Assembly: GCA_050181465.1 (NCBI GenBank)
Contig: JBFXDD010000002.1
Coordinates: 117,320-181,319 of the forward strand
Length of the DNA: 64,000 bases
Direction: 5' to 3'
From: Planctomycetota bacterium
GTDB lineage: Bacteria > Planctomycetota > UBA1135 > UBA2386
The notes under the pieces were generated by a model, which had not been told where the DNA came from, did not search any database, and saw only the letters and a list, made by a program, of their open reading frames with translations. Below are positions 45,169 to 54,113 of this stretch, in pieces. Positions within the stretch are counted from its first letter, which is position 1. Each line of letters opens with the position of its first letter. Made by a program: the position numbers and the translations under genes.

Positions 45169-47964
45169 ATGTCGACTCCTCCGCGCCTGCCCCTCGGCCT
45201 CGCCGGACCGCTGGCCCTCGCCCTGCTCGTCGCGGCGGCCTTCCTGCCGACCGCGCTGGTCGCCGACTTCTTGAACTTCGACGACAACCGCCTTGTCGGG
45301 CCAGGCTCGGAACTCGGGAATGCCGGACTGCTCGGGGCGCTCGATCCGCGCCGCACCGTCGCCGATGCATACCTGCCGGTCACGCACGCCTTCTTCTGGC
45401 TGCAAGCGACAGTGTTCGGCGAGCGACCACTCGGATTCCACTTGGTCAGCGTGGTGCTGCAGGCGGTTGCCGCGGTCTGTGTCCTCCGTCTTCTCCTGCG
45501 ACTGGGCGTGCGCTCGGCGGTCGCACTCACCGCGAGCGCGGTGTTCGCGGTCCATCCCGCTCTCGCGGAGTCGGTCAGTTGGGTATCCGGACAAAAAGAT
45601 CTTTTGTCCGGCATCTTCGCTGCCCTGGCGCTGACTTGCGTCGCGCGTTCGCACGGCGCGTCGGCGGGCTGGCGCTTGCCGCTTCGAGCGATGCTGTTCG
45701 CGTTGCTCGCGGTCTACTCCAAGGCGACGGCGATCGTGCTGATCCCGTTGGCCTGGATCCTGGTGTTCTCGCTGCGGGCAAGGCCGCTGGGAACCGGCGA
45801 ATCCGGTGTTGTTTGGCCGATTGGCGCACGGCGCGCAGCATTGCTCATCACCGCGATCTGCGTCCCGGCGGCGGCGCATCATGCTGCGGTGGCGGCCGCC
45901 GGAGGTGTGATTCAAGCCGGCGACCTCGTGCAGCGATGCCTGCAGGTGCCTGGTGCGATGATGCACTATCTGCTCACAGCGTTGTGGCCAACAGACTTGG
46001 ATGTCTTGTATCCCGAAGTCAAGACGCTCGAGTCGTTTCGCGCCGGTGTCGGTGTCGCGACGATCGTGCTGGTGCTCGTCACCTTGATCGCCGTCCTTGC
46101 TCGCCGCCGGAACCCGGTCTTCCTAGCGGGTGTCGCGGTCTTCTTCGTGGCGCTGGCGCCGGCGAACACGGCCCTGCCAGCATCCTCGATCGCCGCGGCG
46201 GACCGCTACCTGTACCTGGCGTTGCCGGGGCTGGCACTCGCCATCGCGAGCCTTCCGAGCGTGGGTGTCGTGCTGACCGGCATCGCGATCTTGCCCCTGT
46301 TCGTCCTGACCAATGCACGGTCGGCGGAGTTTCGGTCGAGTGAGGCGCTCTGGCAGGCCAGCTTGGACCGCGACCCGGAGAACGCCTTGGCGCTGTTGAA
46401 CCTCGCCAATGCCCGATTGGCTTCGTTCGGCGGCTCCGACGTCGAGCTGACCGGGCTGCGCAACCTCGTCGAACAGGCCGAGGCAGTCGCCCGCTACCCA
46501 CAGCACCGTTGGCGCGCAGCCCGCGCCGGTTCGGAGCTTGCGCTGCTCGCCGGAGACGTCCAGGCGGCGACCCGCGCCGCTGGGCGTGCTGCCGTCGCCG
46601 CGCGAAGTTTCGACCCGCAGCAGCCTCATGCCTTCGAAGCGAGACTCGAATCCGAGCTGACCGCGGCGAGACTCGCACGGCGGGTCGGCGACGGCGAGGC
46701 GGCCTCCGGTTACTTCGCGGAGGCCGAGACGCTCTCGCCGGGTCATCCGAGCGTGCTCGCCTTCGATGCGGCGCGGCGATTCGGCGATGCCGCGGGTCCG
46801 GACGGCAGACTGGCCGCCGAGGCGCCCGAAGCGACGGCAGCCGCGGCGATTCTCGAGCGTGCGCTGGCGGCCGATCCGAACTCGTACGATGCGCTCTGGA
46901 CCAAAGGCCTCCTTCTGCGCGCGACCGGCCGGCTGCTCGAGGCCGAGGTCGCGCTGCGCAAGGCCGTGGAATCCGCTCCGTGGCGCGAAGAGGCGTGGGT
47001 CGCGCGCTGCGAGCTGTTCCTCGCTCAGCCCGACATGGCGAAGACCGCCGAGTCGATCGCCCGCGAAGGCATCATCCAGGTCGGCGATCGGCAGGCCGCG
47101 GGCCTCCAGTTTCGCCTCGCACTGGCCTTGGGTGCGCAGGGCCGACTCGACGACGCGAAGGCGTTCTATGAGGCCGCCCTGGCGCTGCGGCCGGGCGATA
47201 CCCAGATCCAGCAGGCACTCGCGGCCGTGCTCGGCGCGATCGGTGTGCGCGACCTGTTCGTGGCGACCCCCGACGCACTTCTCACGACCGCGGATCGCAT
47301 CGCCGCCCTCGATGCCGGCAATCCTAAGGGCAAGTTGCTGCGTGCGGTCGCCTATCGTGGCCAAAAGCGCCTCGCCGACGCGCTGATTCTGCTGCGCGAG
47401 GTGCGAGCGGTCATGCCCGGGGATCCCGAGGTCGAGCAGTTGTTCGCGGAGGCGCTGCGCGATCGTGGCTGGCAGCTCTGGCTCGCCGAGCCGGATCGCG
47501 ACGCTTCATGGGCCTACTTCGTCGAATTCCTGCGGAGCGCCCCTGCGAGTGTCGATCGTCAGGCCGTAGAGAACCTCGTCCGCGGCGAATGGGAGCGACG
47601 TTACGCAGCCGGCAAGGCGGCTCTCGTCGACCGCGATCTCGGCGCGGCCGAGGGACATCTGCGCGCGGCGCTCGCACTGCGGGAGGACGGCGCGCCTGCC
47701 CTCGAACTCGCGATGACGCTCCTCGCGCGCGACGGCGGGCCGGCGACGTCGCGCGAGGCGCTGCAACTGTGCGACCGCGCGCGCGACGACCAGGTGCGCT
47801 ACGGCCTCGACCGCAGTCTGCCCGTTCTGTACGGCTTGATGGCGCTCGATCGACTCGGCGACCGTGAGGAGTTGGTGGCTCGGGCGCGGGCATACCTCGA
47901 GGCGCCGGATGCCGATGCCCAGGAGGACGTCTTGGCGCGGATCAGGGTCTTCGCCGCCGACTGA
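45169..47964 (+). CDS. TMTC/PMT_2-like polytopic membrane protein fused to a C-terminal TPR array (putative glycosyltransferase-like)
   Basis: About 11 hydrophobic helices are present, with N-terminal FLNFDDNRLV and HLVSVVLQAVAAVCVLRLL...VSWVSGQKDLLSG motifs. TPR repeats occupy the C-terminal roughly 550 aa. Confidence 0.75.
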   Translation: MSTPPRLPLGLAGPLALALLVAAAFLPTALVADFLNFDDNRLVGPGSELGNAGLLGALDPRRTVADAYLPVTHAFFWLQATVFGERPLGFHLVSVVLQAVAAVCVLRLLLRLGVRSAVALTASAVFAVHPALAESVSWVSGQKDLLSGIFAALALTCVARSHGASAGWRLPLRAMLFALLAVYSKATAIVLIPLAWILVFSLRARPLGTGESGVVWPIGARRAALLITAICVPAAAHHAAVAAAGGVIQAGDLVQRCLQVPGAMMHYLLTALWPTDLDVLYPEVKTLESFRAGVGVATIVLVLVTLIAVLARRRNPVFLAGVAVFFVALAPANTALPASSIAAADRYLYLALPGLALAIASLPSVGVVLTGIAILPLFVLTNARSAEFRSSEALWQASLDRDPENALALLNLANARLASFGGSDVELTGLRNLVEQAEAVARYPQHRWRAARAGSELALLAGDVQAATRAAGRAAVAARSFDPQQPHAFEARLESELTAARLARRVGDGEAASGYFAEAETLSPGHPSVLAFDAARRFGDAAGPDGRLAAEAPEATAAAAILERALAADPNSYDALWTKGLLLRATGRLLEAEVALRKAVESAPWREEAWVARCELFLAQPDMAKTAESIAREGIIQVGDRQAAGLQFRLALALGAQGRLDDAKAFYEAALALRPGDTQIQQALAAVLGAIGVRDLFVATPDALLTTADRIAALDAGNPKGKLLRAVAYRGQKRLADALILLREVRAVMPGDPEVEQLFAEALRDRGWQLWLAEPDRDASWAYFVEFLRSAPASVDRQAVENLVRGEWERRYAAGKAALVDRDLGAAEGHLRAALALREDGAPALELAMTLLARDGGPATSREALQLCDRARDDQVRYGLDRSLPVLYGLMALDRLGDREELVARARAYLEAPDADAQEDVLARIRVFAAD

Positions 47965-48116
47965 TGCTGGTCGAAGGAATGTTGCTCGGTCGAACTCTCG
48001 TCGACCGCCTGCCAGGCCGGGCTGCGACCGCGGAACGACACTGGGTCCGGGCGCGCGTGGGCACCGCCGAGAGCGCGAAGGCGGAATCGGAGGCGCTGCG
48101 ACTCATCGCGCGGCCT

Positions 48117-48296
48117 AGCCCGGATGACTCGTAAACGTCTGCTGCGATCGCCGCAAGTCGCGCCCGGCGGCGTCGCTACGTCGTCTCCTCCCTGGCAGCG
48201 TAGCTACAGCTACGCTTCGGTCGTCGACCGACGCAGCTCCTCGCCGGACATCGACCTGCGGCGATCTCTCGACGACGTTCACGAATAATCCGGGCT
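48117..48296 (+). repeat. copy C of the ~180-bp inverted-repeat element
   Basis: The 5' arm (CT)AGCCCGGATGACTCGTAAACG matches the reverse complement of the 3' arm, (CT)AGCCCGGATTATTCGTGAACG. The central stem pairs GTCGCTACG with CGTAGCTAC. The copy is collinear with A and B. Confidence 0.8.
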
Positions 48297-48495
48297 AGTG
48301 CCTCGTGAGCCAAGCAACATTCGTTCGACCACGATCCTCGAGGTTGATGCGCGGGAGCGGAACCTGTAGCGTCCCGCAAGCCTCCGCGGACGCGGTTGGC
48401 GGGCGGTGGCGCGGTGGTCAGGCCGCGCCAGCAGTGCGTATTCCGTGACCGCGCAGCACCGCGGTCGGCTTCGCTCTTCGATCTGGGAGTTCGTG

Positions 48496-49224
48496 ATGGG
48501 CCGCAAGGGCCGTGATCTCTTCGAGTTGTTGCGTGAACGCGGCTCCAGCCTCGTTCGGCCGGCAGCCGCACCCGCTGCCCGTTCCACTCCGCCACGCGGT
48601 TCCCGCAAGTCGGCGTCGGCGTCGGGCGGGCTGCTGTCGAAGTTCCGCGCGGCCTTCGCCGGTCCCGCGGCACCGACCAAGGCGGCTCCGCTCGCTTCGC
48701 GCGGCGGGGCCGGTCTCGACGGCCTGGGGGTGGTCCTCGTGGCTCTCCTGTGCCTCGCCGGCGGCTTCTTCTTCGGGCGGCTCACCGCGCCGAACGCGCC
48801 GCAAGAGGAGCTGCGGAAGGGGGTGCCCTCGAAGACACCGGAGTGGGTGCCGACGAGCGTCCTCTCGAAGGCGGACGAGGAGGAGATTCTCTCGCACTTT
48901 GGATTCCCGCTCCTACAATGTTCCGCCCGTGATCGTCGCCGGGCGGCGGATGCCGCCACCTGGTTCCGCGATCAGGGGCTGACCCAAACCCGAATTCGCG
49001 CCGTCACCAGCGGTAGCCCGGGAGCGGAGCAGCTCTGGTACCTAGTGGTCTGCTACAGCAGTGAAGCGGACGGTGCTCGCGACCTCGATCGGTTGCGCGG
49101 CCTCGATCTGCCCACGCGATTCGACGACCCAGCGCGCGAAGAGCGCCTGTCGTCGCTTCGCAACGCCGTCAGCGGGCTCACGCAGGTCTACGATCTCCGA
49201 AAACTCATCCGCACCAACCAGTAG
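48496..49224 (+). CDS. hypothetical single-pass membrane protein (possible SPOR-like C-terminal domain)
   Basis: GGGAG lies 6 nt before the ATG at 48496. The N-terminus is basic and cytoplasmic, and a TM segment LGVVLVALLCLAGGFFFG follows. The C-terminal alpha/beta-looking domain gives only a weak family call. Confidence 0.5.
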   Translation: MGRKGRDLFELLRERGSSLVRPAAAPAARSTPPRGSRKSASASGGLLSKFRAAFAGPAAPTKAAPLASRGGAGLDGLGVVLVALLCLAGGFFFGRLTAPNAPQEELRKGVPSKTPEWVPTSVLSKADEEEILSHFGFPLLQCSARDRRRAADAATWFRDQGLTQTRIRAVTSGSPGAEQLWYLVVCYSSEADGARDLDRLRGLDLPTRFDDPAREERLSSLRNAVSGLTQVYDLRKLIRTNQ

Positions 49225-49255
49225 CGCGAGCCGTCGGTGCCGCGCCGCCACTCTC

Positions 49256-49489
49256 ATGTCCATCCACGCCAGTCTCAAGATCTCCGGCACCGGCAAGGGC
49301 AACCGCAGCGTTTGGACTCGTATCGAGCGCCTCGCGGTCCTCAAGCGGGAAGGCCGCTGGAGCGAGGAGAAGTCGGTGCTCGGCCTCCCCAAGGTCCGCA
49401 CCAAGTTCAAGGCCAAGACCAAGAAGCAGTTGAAGGCCGAAGCGACTGCCGATGCGCCGGCCGCTGCCAAGCCCGCCGCGAAGAAGTGA
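49256..49489 (+). CDS. small basic protein (77 aa; resembles the 'small basic protein' family I recall as TIGR04137)
   Basis: From the internal ATG at 49256 the protein reads MSIHASLKISGTGKGNRSVWTRIERLAVLKREGRWSEEKSVLGLPKVRTKFKAKTKK... This matches the family pattern SLK..G...RNVLTR.ER...LK..G.W.....V.GLPKV followed by a Lys-rich tail. Confidence 0.65.
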   Translation: MSIHASLKISGTGKGNRSVWTRIERLAVLKREGRWSEEKSVLGLPKVRTKFKAKTKKQLKAEATADAPAAAKPAAKK

Positions 49490-49536
49490 CCGCGCGCGTT
49501 GCCGATCCGTCGCCATCGCGCTGATCGGACTCGTTC

Positions 49537-50310
49537 ATGAACACAGCGCCTGCTCTGGCGCGCGCGGCGCTCATCGAGATCTTTCACTCGATCCAGGGTG
49601 AAGGTCGTTTCGTGGGCGAACCCATGACCTTCGTGCGCGTGGCGACCTGCCCGCTGCGCTGCCGCTACTGTGACACTCCCGGTAGCTGGCGCGCTCGCCC
49701 TGAGTTTCCGGTCCACGGCCTCGATCGCTCCGTTCGCAACCCGGTCGACGCCGGCGCGGCGCTGGAGCTGGCACGGCAGGCGGCAGCACGATCGCCGTTC
49801 GTTCCGGTCGGGCCTTGGCGGATCTCGATGACCGGTGGCGAGCCCTTGGTCTTTCCCGAGTTCGTTCGCGAATTCGGTGCGGCGCTGGGCGAGTCGGGCC
49901 GCCTTCACCTCGAGACGGCGGCACACGACGCCGATGCGCTGGCGAAGTGCTTGCCGGTCATCGCGCATCTGAGCGCCGACTGGAAGTTGCCCGAGACTCT
50001 CGAGTCCGGCGACTTCACGGCGCAGCACCGCGCGTGCATCGAAACGGCCGCGTACAGATCGAGCGCGACCATCGACGTCAAAGTGGTGTTGACCGGCGCG
50101 GTGCGCGACGAGTCCTTCAACTCGATGCTCGAAGCGTTGGCGCCATTTCGCGAACGCGTGCTGCTCATCCTGCAGCCGGTGACTCCGGCCCGGCACGTGT
50201 CCGACCCGCTTGCCGTCGATCGACTCGAACAGTTCACGAGAGCCGCCGGCAGTGTCGGATTCCTGTATCGAGTCGTGCCGCAGACGCATCCGATGCTCCG
50301 GCTCTTGTGA
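49537..50310 (+). CDS. queE: 7-carboxy-7-deazaguanine synthase (radical SAM)
   Basis: IEIFHSIQGEGRFVGEPMTFVRVATCPLRCRYCDT contains the QueE N-terminal motif and the Cx3Cx2C cluster. Confidence 0.85.
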   Translation: MNTAPALARAALIEIFHSIQGEGRFVGEPMTFVRVATCPLRCRYCDTPGSWRARPEFPVHGLDRSVRNPVDAGAALELARQAAARSPFVPVGPWRISMTGGEPLVFPEFVREFGAALGESGRLHLETAAHDADALAKCLPVIAHLSADWKLPETLESGDFTAQHRACIETAAYRSSATIDVKVVLTGAVRDESFNSMLEALAPFRERVLLILQPVTPARHVSDPLAVDRLEQFTRAAGSVGFLYRVVPQTHPMLRLL

Positions 50311-50342
50311 CCTTCACCGCTCGGCCGACTATCCTCGGCCGC

Positions 50343-51548
50343 ATGGTGTCGGTCCGCTGGTTGCGCACAGCCTTGATCTCCGCGGTGACCGCGTGGTCGT
50401 CGATCGCGACTTCGTTCGCGCAGGACGCCCGCACACCGGGGTGCACCAAGTGCCAGGCCGTAGGCAGCACCGAGTGCAAGGAGCACCGCGGCGTGACGCT
50501 CGAGCAGGAACGTGCGGTCCAGTTCTGCTCGGTTGCGGCTGCTTGCCGCAAGTGTTCCGGTGCGCTCGACGTCGACTGCCCGAAATGCGAGCGAGCGGAG
50601 CTCGAGGCTGCGCTGGAGGAGCGCCGGGCACTTGTGGCTCGATGGTTGGAAGGCCGCCGTGCAAGTGTCGACCGATTCTGCAAGTCGAAGTCTCTGGAGC
50701 ATCTTCGCACCCCCTTCTTCGACCTGAGCTTTGGGCTAGCGGGCACCACGATCGACAAGAAGACCGTCGATCCGCATCGGCGCATGCACCTCTACGGGGA
50801 GCGACTCGAGATCGTGCGCTCACGGTTCTGCGAGGTCCTCGGATTGAGTGCTGCGGACTTCCCTTCGGAAACCGAGGACAGCTCGACGCGGATCGGTGTG
50901 CACATGTTCGCCGACGCCCGTGATCAACGAGAGATGACGCCGCGCCTCACCGGCATCGGGGTCATGGGCAACAACGTCAAGCTCACGGGCGGCCTGCCGG
51001 TGTGGGTCGTACTCGAAGATCCTCGCTCCATGCCGAAGGACGTCGATCTGCACCGCGTCGTCGTCCACAACGTGGTGCATCTGCTGATCTCCAACTTCAC
51101 ACCGGTGAAGGAACTGGGCTTGGGCGGCGACGGCTGGGTCGATGAGGGTCTCGCGCACTGGTTCGAGATGGAGATCGACGGTCGTTGCTCCGCGTACTGC
51201 GTGGAAGAGGCCACCATTCAGCCCGGTACGAACTGGCGGAACGGTCGCTACCGGTCGGGAATCCGTCAGCTCCTCGAGACGGGCCAGATCCGCAAGTTCG
51301 TGGCGATCCACCAGAAGAACAGCGAGCAACTCGAACTCGAAGAGCATGCGCACGCGTTTGCCTTCGTGGACTTCCTGATCACGACGAAAGGTGGGCCTGC
51401 GATGGCGGACTTCGTTCGGCGGCTCAAGTCCGGCGAAGCGCAGCGCGATGCGCTCAAGGCGGCGTTCGGTATCACGCCGTTGACCTTCGACGACGCGTTC
51501 CACGCCTTCGTTCGCGAGCGCTACCCGGAAAAGGAAACCGCGCGGTGA
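50343..51548 (+). CDS. secreted protein with an N-terminal Cys-rich (CxxC x4) module and a DUF1570/peptidase-MA-like domain with a degenerate metal site
   Basis: The internal ATG at 50343 precedes a signal peptide ...AWSSIATSFAQD. The CxxC motifs are CTKC, C-x-x-C in ECKEH, CRKC and CPKC. HNVVH stands where HExxH would be expected, and EGLAHWFE follows downstream. Confidence 0.6.
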   Translation: MVSVRWLRTALISAVTAWSSIATSFAQDARTPGCTKCQAVGSTECKEHRGVTLEQERAVQFCSVAAACRKCSGALDVDCPKCERAELEAALEERRALVARWLEGRRASVDRFCKSKSLEHLRTPFFDLSFGLAGTTIDKKTVDPHRRMHLYGERLEIVRSRFCEVLGLSAADFPSETEDSSTRIGVHMFADARDQREMTPRLTGIGVMGNNVKLTGGLPVWVVLEDPRSMPKDVDLHRVVVHNVVHLLISNFTPVKELGLGGDGWVDEGLAHWFEMEIDGRCSAYCVEEATIQPGTNWRNGRYRSGIRQLLETGQIRKFVAIHQKNSEQLELEEHAHAFAFVDFLITTKGGPAMADFVRRLKSGEAQRDALKAAFGITPLTFDDAFHAFVRERYPEKETAR

Positions 51549-53107
51549 GTCGATCCATCGGCCGTCTCTTGGGCATCGTTCTCTCGGCGACCGTCGTCAC
51601 GACGCTCGGTCTTCGAGCGCAACCGCTGCGCGCGGAACGACAGTCGTTCGCCCGCCTCATGCAGTTGCGATCGGAGTTGTTGGACGCCTGGTTGCGGTCC
51701 GACCCAGAACGACGCGCCGACCTCGCCGAAGCGTTCGCTGCCGCGGACGATTCCGATCCCTTCGCCGCGACCATGTCCGCCCTCGCGGCTGCCGACGGCC
51801 GCGCACTCGACTTCCTCGCGCGCGTGCGCGGCGGAACCGTGCTCCTGGCGCTGCCCGAAGTGGTGGACGGGGAGCGCTTTCAGGCCGTGCATGCCACGCT
51901 CTGGAGCCCTCGACGGCTGCCCGACGAACTGCCTCCGCTGGTGGTCGAGTTCGAACTCTTGGAAGCGGACGGCAAGCCCATTGCTCGTTCGCGTGTCGAT
52001 CGTCGCACGGCGCCCGACGATCTCACTCGCTACCGAGCCAAGGCGGAACTGCCGCTCGAAGATCGAACGCCGCGCCGGCTGCGGGTCCGAGCCCTCGTCG
52101 CGCTCGGTGACTCGGAGCCGGCGTTGATCCACGAGAAGGAGGTGTTCCTCCAGCCGGACTTCGCGAAACGTGCCGAGAAGCTTCCCATGCTGCTGCTCGG
52201 GACCGCTCCCGATGTCGCTCGGCACGATGGGGTGTTCGCAACGCTGCCGTCGTCGGCGCGTGTGGGGCTGCCGGCGGCCTCGCTTCGCGCGCTGACTTGG
52301 TCGGTGGAGCAGCCCTTCTCCGGCGAACCACGGCTGCCAAACGCGCATCCGCTCGAAGATCTCATGGCCGCTGAGGCATTTCGCGATGCGCTTCGTGAAG
52401 GCGAAGACGCCTTCGCGGCACTGAAGGGAAGACGAACGATCGCGGTTCCGCTCGGCGAGCGCAGTGCGGCCGGCTCACCGCTGGGTGATCACGCGATGGT
52501 ATCGATCGACTTCGATGCGGTCCGCGCGGATCGCGCGAGCGGTGTGCGTCGACCACTGGTCTTGGTCCTGCCGGGCACTCCGAGTTGGTCGGCTCGGCTG
52601 CACCGCCCGGACTCGCCCAAGAGCCTTCATCCGGCGTGGACGGTCGAGGCCCTTCGGAGAGTCGACTTCGATTCGAGAGGCCGCGGCCATCTCGTCGTCA
52701 TGGAGTCGCCCGGTCGATTCCGCAGCGCTGTCGGGGCGGTGCTCGATGTGTTGGAGCAGCTGCGTGAGTTCCTGCCCATCGACGAGGTACTGCTCGTCGG
52801 TGAACGCGAGGGCGGCTACGCGGTGGCGCGCGCGGCGTTGTCTGCGCCCGGTGTTGCGAGACGCGTGGTCGTCATCGACGGCGGTGGCGTGACTCGGGCC
52901 GACCTGGAGCAGCGAGAGGACGTGGAGTTTCTCGTCGTCGGCTCGAACGCATCGGCATCGCTCGAAGCCGTCACCAAGCTCGCCGAAGCGACCGGTCGGG
53001 CGCGGTGGCGGCCCGTCGGTGCGGTGCCGTGGCCGATCGTGATGCCGAGCGCTCACGACGCCATCGAGGAGTTCTTGTTCGGCGAGGGTGGGGGACGACC
53101 GCGCTGA
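51545..53107 (+). CDS. hypothetical secreted protein with an alpha/beta-hydrolase-like C-terminal region lacking the nucleophile
   Basis: The GTG start forms a GTGA overlap with the upstream stop. A signal-like segment RLLGIVLSATVVTTLGLRAQ is present. GEREG stands at the position expected for GxSxG in ...VLLVGEREGGYAVA... Confidence 0.5.
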   Translation: MSRSIGRLLGIVLSATVVTTLGLRAQPLRAERQSFARLMQLRSELLDAWLRSDPERRADLAEAFAAADDSDPFAATMSALAAADGRALDFLARVRGGTVLLALPEVVDGERFQAVHATLWSPRRLPDELPPLVVEFELLEADGKPIARSRVDRRTAPDDLTRYRAKAELPLEDRTPRRLRVRALVALGDSEPALIHEKEVFLQPDFAKRAEKLPMLLLGTAPDVARHDGVFATLPSSARVGLPAASLRALTWSVEQPFSGEPRLPNAHPLEDLMAAEAFRDALREGEDAFAALKGRRTIAVPLGERSAAGSPLGDHAMVSIDFDAVRADRASGVRRPLVLVLPGTPSWSARLHRPDSPKSLHPAWTVEALRRVDFDSRGRGHLVVMESPGRFRSAVGAVLDVLEQLREFLPIDEVLLVGEREGGYAVARAALSAPGVARRVVVIDGGGVTRADLEQREDVEFLVVGSNASASLEAVTKLAEATGRARWRPVGAVPWPIVMPSAHDAIEEFLFGEGGGRPR

Positions 53108-53119
53108 GCGTGGCCGCCT

Positions 53120-53803
53120 TCAGGCGCGCACTGCGAGCACGAGCCACTGCTCACTCCACAGCGGCAGGAGTGGGCGTGCGGCCACGGGACGCAATCCGGC
53201 TTCGCGCAGGTCACACAGGAAGGTGCGCAAGGTCACACCGCCGCGGGAACTGCGCGGCTTGTGCTTCCACTTGCGCGACATCCACCGTCGCAGGTGTTGC
53301 ACGCAGAAGGAGTGAAAGAAGGAAACGATCAGTGGGCCGTTGCTGACGCGAGCGAGTTCGCGAAGCAGTCGCACGCGCGCTTCCGAGGTCGGAACGTGAT
53401 GCAGGAGGCGGTGGCACAGGACACCGGCGAAGGAGTGATCCGCGAAAGGCAGTGCGAAGGCACTGGCGCGAATGCGCGGTCCGGTCGGCTGCTCGATCGC
53501 GGTGAGCATCTCGGCGGCGTAGTCGAGTTGCACCACCGGGCCGGGCAGCTCCGGACTCATGCGGCCCGCACCGCACGGCGCGTCGAGCCAGGGGCCGTGT
53601 GCGTCCGGAATGCGCGCCAGCAACGCACGCAGCGCCCGTCGTTCCCGGCGATCGGTTCCACGGCCGCTGTTCACCGAGAATCGTCGATCGCGGTACCCGA
53701 GGGCCCAGCCTGATTCGCGCTGGAACGCGAGTTCGGGGCGATCGGCGGGTCGCGGTTGTGGTGGAGGGGAGGTCAAGCCGGGAGCGGATATCGGTCGATC
53801 CAA
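53120..53803 (-). CDS. class I SAM-dependent methyltransferase
   Basis: Motif I reads WLDAPCGAGRMS. The post-I/II region reads ASAFALPFADHSFAGVLCHRLLHHV. The start is uncertain. The ORF runs to an ATG at 53938, but that would overlap the divergent PilZ gene by 128 bp. TTG at 53803 and GTG at 53674 are alternatives. Confidence 0.7.
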   Translation of the reverse strand: MDRPISAPGLTSPPPQPRPADRPELAFQRESGWALGYRDRRFSVNSGRGTDRRERRALRALLARIPDAHGPWLDAPCGAGRMSPELPGPVVQLDYAAEMLTAIEQPTGPRIRASAFALPFADHSFAGVLCHRLLHHVPTSEARVRLLRELARVSNGPLIVSFFHSFCVQHLRRWMSRKWKHKPRSSRGGVTLRTFLCDLREAGLRPVAARPLLPLWSEQWLVLAVRA

Positions 53804-53810
53804 AGCGAGG

Positions 53811-54101
53811 ATGATCGGCAGCGAAGCCCCGCGGGACCAGGGTGAAGACGGCGATCGGCGCTTTGGACAACGGGTCCCGGCGACCGGCACCGTGGTCGTG
53901 GACTTTGCCGCACTGCGGGTCGCCGGTCCCGCCCGCAATGCTTCGGCCAGCGGCGTCTACTTCGTCGCCGAGAGCGATGCCCAGGTCGAAGTTCTCATCG
54001 ACGGGCGAGCGCGACGGGCGCAGCTCGTTCGACTCGAAGCCCTGGGCTCGGGTCGAATCGGGGTCGCGGTGCGATTCGTGGATGACCTCGCACCGGAGTG
54101 A
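53811..54101 (+). CDS. single-domain PilZ protein (putative c-di-GMP receptor)
   Basis: The internal ATG at 53811 is preceded by GCGAGG. The motifs RFGQR (RxxxR) and, about 22 residues later, NASASG ([D/N]xSxxG) are present. The end ...AQLVRLEALGSGRIGVAVRF is typical for PilZ. Confidence 0.65.
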   Translation: MIGSEAPRDQGEDGDRRFGQRVPATGTVVVDFAALRVAGPARNASASGVYFVAESDAQVEVLIDGRARRAQLVRLEALGSGRIGVAVRFVDDLAPE

Positions 54102-54113
54102 GTCGGGCGTAGC

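Noticed and set aside
45587-45611. An AT-rich near-perfect palindrome CCGGACAAAAAGATCTTTTGTCCGG inside the TMTC-like gene.
   Set aside because: It encodes SGQKDLLSG, part of a motif that is conserved in this protein family (..W.SG.K/R.LL..). Coding constraint is therefore a sufficient explanation, and no flanking feature suggests a site-specific function.
49061-49255. The upstream extension of the small-basic-protein ORF, and ORF 49237-49524 in another frame.
   Set aside because: The extension overlaps the 3' end of the preceding gene and has Ser/Arg/Ala junk composition. The family-like sequence starts only at the ATG at 49256.
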